NCBI GenBank assembly: GCA_963527295.1
Contig: CAURPR010000001.1
Span: 52,520-116,519, forward strand
DNA length: 64,000 bases
Source: an uncultured Candidatus Saccharibacteria bacterium
GTDB lineage: Bacteria; Patescibacteriota; Saccharimonadia; Saccharimonadales; Saccharimonadaceae
Reading direction: 5' to 3'
Below, one piece after another: positions 61,975 through 64,000 of the stretch (its first letter is position 1; each line of letters begins with the position of its first letter). The translations under genes and the position numbers were made by a program. Under the pieces are notes generated by a model that did not search any database, had not been told where the DNA came from, and saw only the letters and a program-made list of their open reading frames with translations.

Positions 61975-63246
61975 TTATCGAGCGCCAAAGATACGCTCCA
62001 AGACGGTTGGCGATGGATTGCCTGGTATTTGTCCTGTTGCGTTATTTTCAGCAGCAGCAGAAGCGGTGTTGGGGTCTGGGCTGATTTGATCAGCATAGAC
62101 CAACAGACGCTTGTCGGCAGTGCCAACAGGAACGCAACTGACCAGTGTCAACATTGGTTTTTGGGTGCCGGTTTGGATTTTGGTGACCTCGTTTGGTTTG
62201 ACGACTTCTGAACCAGTGATTTTATAGGTGTATCGTTTGCCTTCGTAGTTAAGATATATGACATCGTCTTTTTGAAGTTTTTCGTTTTGAGCGAAGATGA
62301 ATTTATATCCTCCGGCAGCAAAGGCGTCATTGCTGGAGTGCCCAGCCAATACAACATTTCCCGCCTGTCCTGGTAGCGCGCTTGCTCCAGAAACGGCAAA
62401 GTGCGCTACGCCTTTTTCCATGGCTTTGCGCTGTGATTGTACATCTGGTGCAGCACCGTACACCACGGGCGCATCAACATTAATCTTCGGGATGATAATT
62501 TTTGGTTCAGCGCTGACTTTGGTATCAACACTTGGGTCGACGATGATGTTTTGCGGCTCAATATTGCCAGGGCTGGTATAGGCTGCGACAGTACCCAAAA
62601 TGACCCGGTTGTATTGCAGGAAGACAAATGCCAACATGACCATGGTTCCAGCTAGAGCTGGGATGAAATGTCGAGAATTGCGCACTTTTTTGGCGGAGTC
62701 GTTGACGGTATTGCGGATTTTAGAGCGCAGATCGCGGATGGCCTGCTGTTGTGGCGACAGGATGTCTGCTGCCTCTGGAGCGCTGGTTTGCGGCTGCTGA
62801 GCTGGAGACTGTTGGGCGTTCAAGTGATTGGCATAATACCGTTCGTAGTACATCTGATAATATTTTTGCCAGGCACTGTGGTATTGCTGCCACTGATCGG
62901 GCGTGGCTCGCGGTGTGCTGTTGGCTAGTTGAGTGGGCTGACTGGTGGTTGCGGCGGTCGTGTCAGTAGGCGGTGCAGTATTGAGACGGTGGCTCTGTGG
63001 TTCGGTCTGTGGAGCTGGTTTAGCTACTGGTGTAGCGGCTTGTGGCTGAGGTTGCGGTTGTGGTTGCAGCGCTGGCTCTTGTGGGGTTGTGCTGGCTGGC
63101 GCGAGTGTGGTGTGCGGTGCACCTTCAGATGAACTACCAGTGTAAATTGAGTTGATTTGCCCGCGGATGACATCAGCAGCAGCATTGCGCGTTGATGATT
63201 GGTCACGTGCTGGTGGTTGGAATGGTCGTGGACTTCCGGGGTTCAT
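61975..63246 (-). CDS. Sortase-family transpeptidase with PQ-rich N-terminal region
   Basis: Catalytic His (NVVLAGHSSN), TLxTC-type Cys (MLTLVSCVP) and a downstream Arg (ADKRLLVYA). One TM helix. Confidence 0.85.
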   Translation of the reverse strand: MNPGSPRPFQPPARDQSSTRNAAADVIRGQINSIYTGSSSEGAPHTTLAPASTTPQEPALQPQPQPQPQAATPVAKPAPQTEPQSHRLNTAPPTDTTAATTSQPTQLANSTPRATPDQWQQYHSAWQKYYQMYYERYYANHLNAQQSPAQQPQTSAPEAADILSPQQQAIRDLRSKIRNTVNDSAKKVRNSRHFIPALAGTMVMLAFVFLQYNRVILGTVAAYTSPGNIEPQNIIVDPSVDTKVSAEPKIIIPKINVDAPVVYGAAPDVQSQRKAMEKGVAHFAVSGASALPGQAGNVVLAGHSSNDAFAAGGYKFIFAQNEKLQKDDVIYLNYEGKRYTYKITGSEVVKPNEVTKIQTGTQKPMLTLVSCVPVGTADKRLLVYADQISPDPNTASAAAENNATGQIPGNPSPTVLERIFGAR

Positions 63247-63354
63247 ACTTATGTTTAATGATACAGGAAAATCATCAAAAAAACAAAAATATCCCCTTGT
63301 CGAGGGCGAGGATGGCGTGATATAATAACCAGTAGTTTTGGAGCGTTCTCTCGT

Positions 63355-63441
63355 GCCGCGGTGGCGGAATTGGTAGACGCGCTAGACTCAAAATCTGGTG
63401 AGCAATAGCTCGTGCCGGTTCAAGTCCGGCCCGCGGTACCA
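63355..63441 (+). tRNA. tRNA-Leu (anticodon CAA), class II with long variable arm, CCA encoded
   Basis: Hand fold: acceptor GCCGCGG/CCGCGGU (G1-U72), D arm GCG/CGC, anticodon stem CUAGA/UCUGG with loop CUCAAAA, variable arm GAGC-AAUA-GCUC, T arm GCCGG-UUCAAGU-CCGGC, then A-CCA. TATAAT at 63321-63326 upstream. Confidence 0.9.
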
Positions 63442-63459
63442 GAGGTCGCTCCAAGCAAC

Positions 63460-63486
63460 CATCGCCCACTGACTGGGCGATGTTTA
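63460..63486 (+). terminator. Terminator hairpin after tRNA-Leu
   Basis: CATCGCCCA (63460-63468) / TGGGCGATG (63474-63482), 5-nt loop, followed by TTTATATAT. Confidence 0.5.
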
Positions 63487-63572
63487 TATATGAGCAAAGA
63501 AAATAGCCCACCGAGAGGCTCAGCCGAAACTTTGAAGTCTCAAGGCGAGCTACTCGGTGGGCAGGCTCCTGC

Positions 63573-63764
63573 TTACTTGTTGCGCAGGAGCCTAACACCG
63601 TAGTAGATGTAAGCAACACCCACCACGACGCCAACTAGACAGGCGCCAATCGTTTGCCAGTCTAGTTGTTCGGCGGTAGCAAACCCGCAGGTCACCGCCG
63701 CCAGAAAAACTGCCCCTAGAAGGAAAGCAAAAACGCAATCCCCTGGGTTTCCTCTCCCAGTCAT
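63573..63764 (-). CDS. Small two-TM membrane protein (63 aa)
   Basis: Strong SD (GGAGGTG) 6 nt before the ATG. Two hydrophobic helices. Confidence 0.55.
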   Translation of the reverse strand: MTGRGNPGDCVFAFLLGAVFLAAVTCGFATAEQLDWQTIGACLVGVVVGVAYIYYGVRLLRNK

Positions 63765-64000
63765 GATACACCTCCTTTCAAAGGTGTATCGCTCAAAGCT
63801 AAAGGGCGACCTCCGCCCTTTGACAAAGCTTTGAGCGAAAGCTACTTTTCATTATATCACTAAAAACATAAAATGTCAATGATTAGCGTAAGCAATTACC
63901 CTGTACAGACAGCGGTACTGGCAGCAGCTAGCGGTGAGCTGGGTGACCATACCAAGTAGCTGGCGATTTTTGTGCCAACGACCCCGCGCCAGATGGCCAT

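Noticed and set aside
63275-63634. 119-aa minus-strand ORF
   Set aside because: It is antisense to, and fully overlaps, the well-folding tRNA-Leu(CAA) and its terminator.
1-64000. Alternative genetic code (UGA as Gly/Trp, as in some CPR lineages or mycoplasmas)
   Set aside because: All conserved genes give full-length products with the standard code. UGA is also used as a genuine stop (e.g. the ATGA overlaps at 1849 and 22866).
63896-64000. Minus-strand reading frame entering from the right edge (…AIWRGVVGTKIASYLVWSPSSPLAAASTAVCTG*)
   Set aside because: Only 34 codons are visible. I cannot tell whether the ATG at 64000-63998 is a start or internal, and no family can be assigned.

Overview
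This is a gene-dense 64-kb chromosomal window of about 50% GC by eye. It reads cleanly with the standard genetic code, and no UGA recoding is needed.

Most genes are housekeeping genes on the + strand:
- a MacB-type ABC / PadR / PspC module
- uppP, serS, hpf, secA, an M16 peptidase, murD, prfB
- ftsE-ftsX followed by a PcsB-like coiled-coil CHAP hydrolase and an S41 protease
- rpmA, xseAB, a sensor-less two-component pair, recO, glyQS, a YvcK-like protein, RNase HI, a PIF1-type helicase and a GH1 glycosidase
- a trimmed dcw cluster: mraZ, rsmH, ftsL-like, ftsI, mraY, ftsW, murG, ftsQ

Directly after ftsQ come three things in order:
- an 875-bp ORF-free, AT-rich stretch carrying direct repeats
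- a nucleoside 2-deoxyribosyltransferase-like gene
- a complete, AT-rich, minus-strand type II-A CRISPR-Cas locus (cas9-cas1-cas2-csn2, then 12 x 36-bp repeats and 11 spacers)

I could reconstruct the locus's divergently transcribed tracrRNA by hand, including promoter, anti-repeat, nexus and terminator.

Downstream lie a VirD4/TraG-like P-loop ATPase, a sigma-region-4/HARE-HTH protein, a long WhiB-like protein, gltX, a PEGA/beta-propeller protein, a sortase and tRNA-Leu(CAA).

The gene repertoire and compactness suggest a reduced-genome Patescibacteria/CPR organism, possibly Saccharibacteria-like. This is inference only.

The most notable observations are:
1. The CRISPR-Cas island contrasts with the resident genome in composition and in translation signals.
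2. At least 17 genes have a TATAAT box ending 6-7 nt before the ATG, which implies pervasive leaderless mRNAs.
3. An Actinobacteria-type WhiB-like domain is present.
4. There is a highly divergent RelA/SpoT-like protein.
5. An uncharacterised 325-aa gene is tightly linked (2-nt gap) to the PIF1-type helicase.
6. The ORF-free repeat-bearing region lies between the dcw cluster and the CRISPR island.

No integrase, transposase or rRNA was seen. All coordinates were derived by hand and all family assignments rest on motif recognition, so both need computational confirmation.
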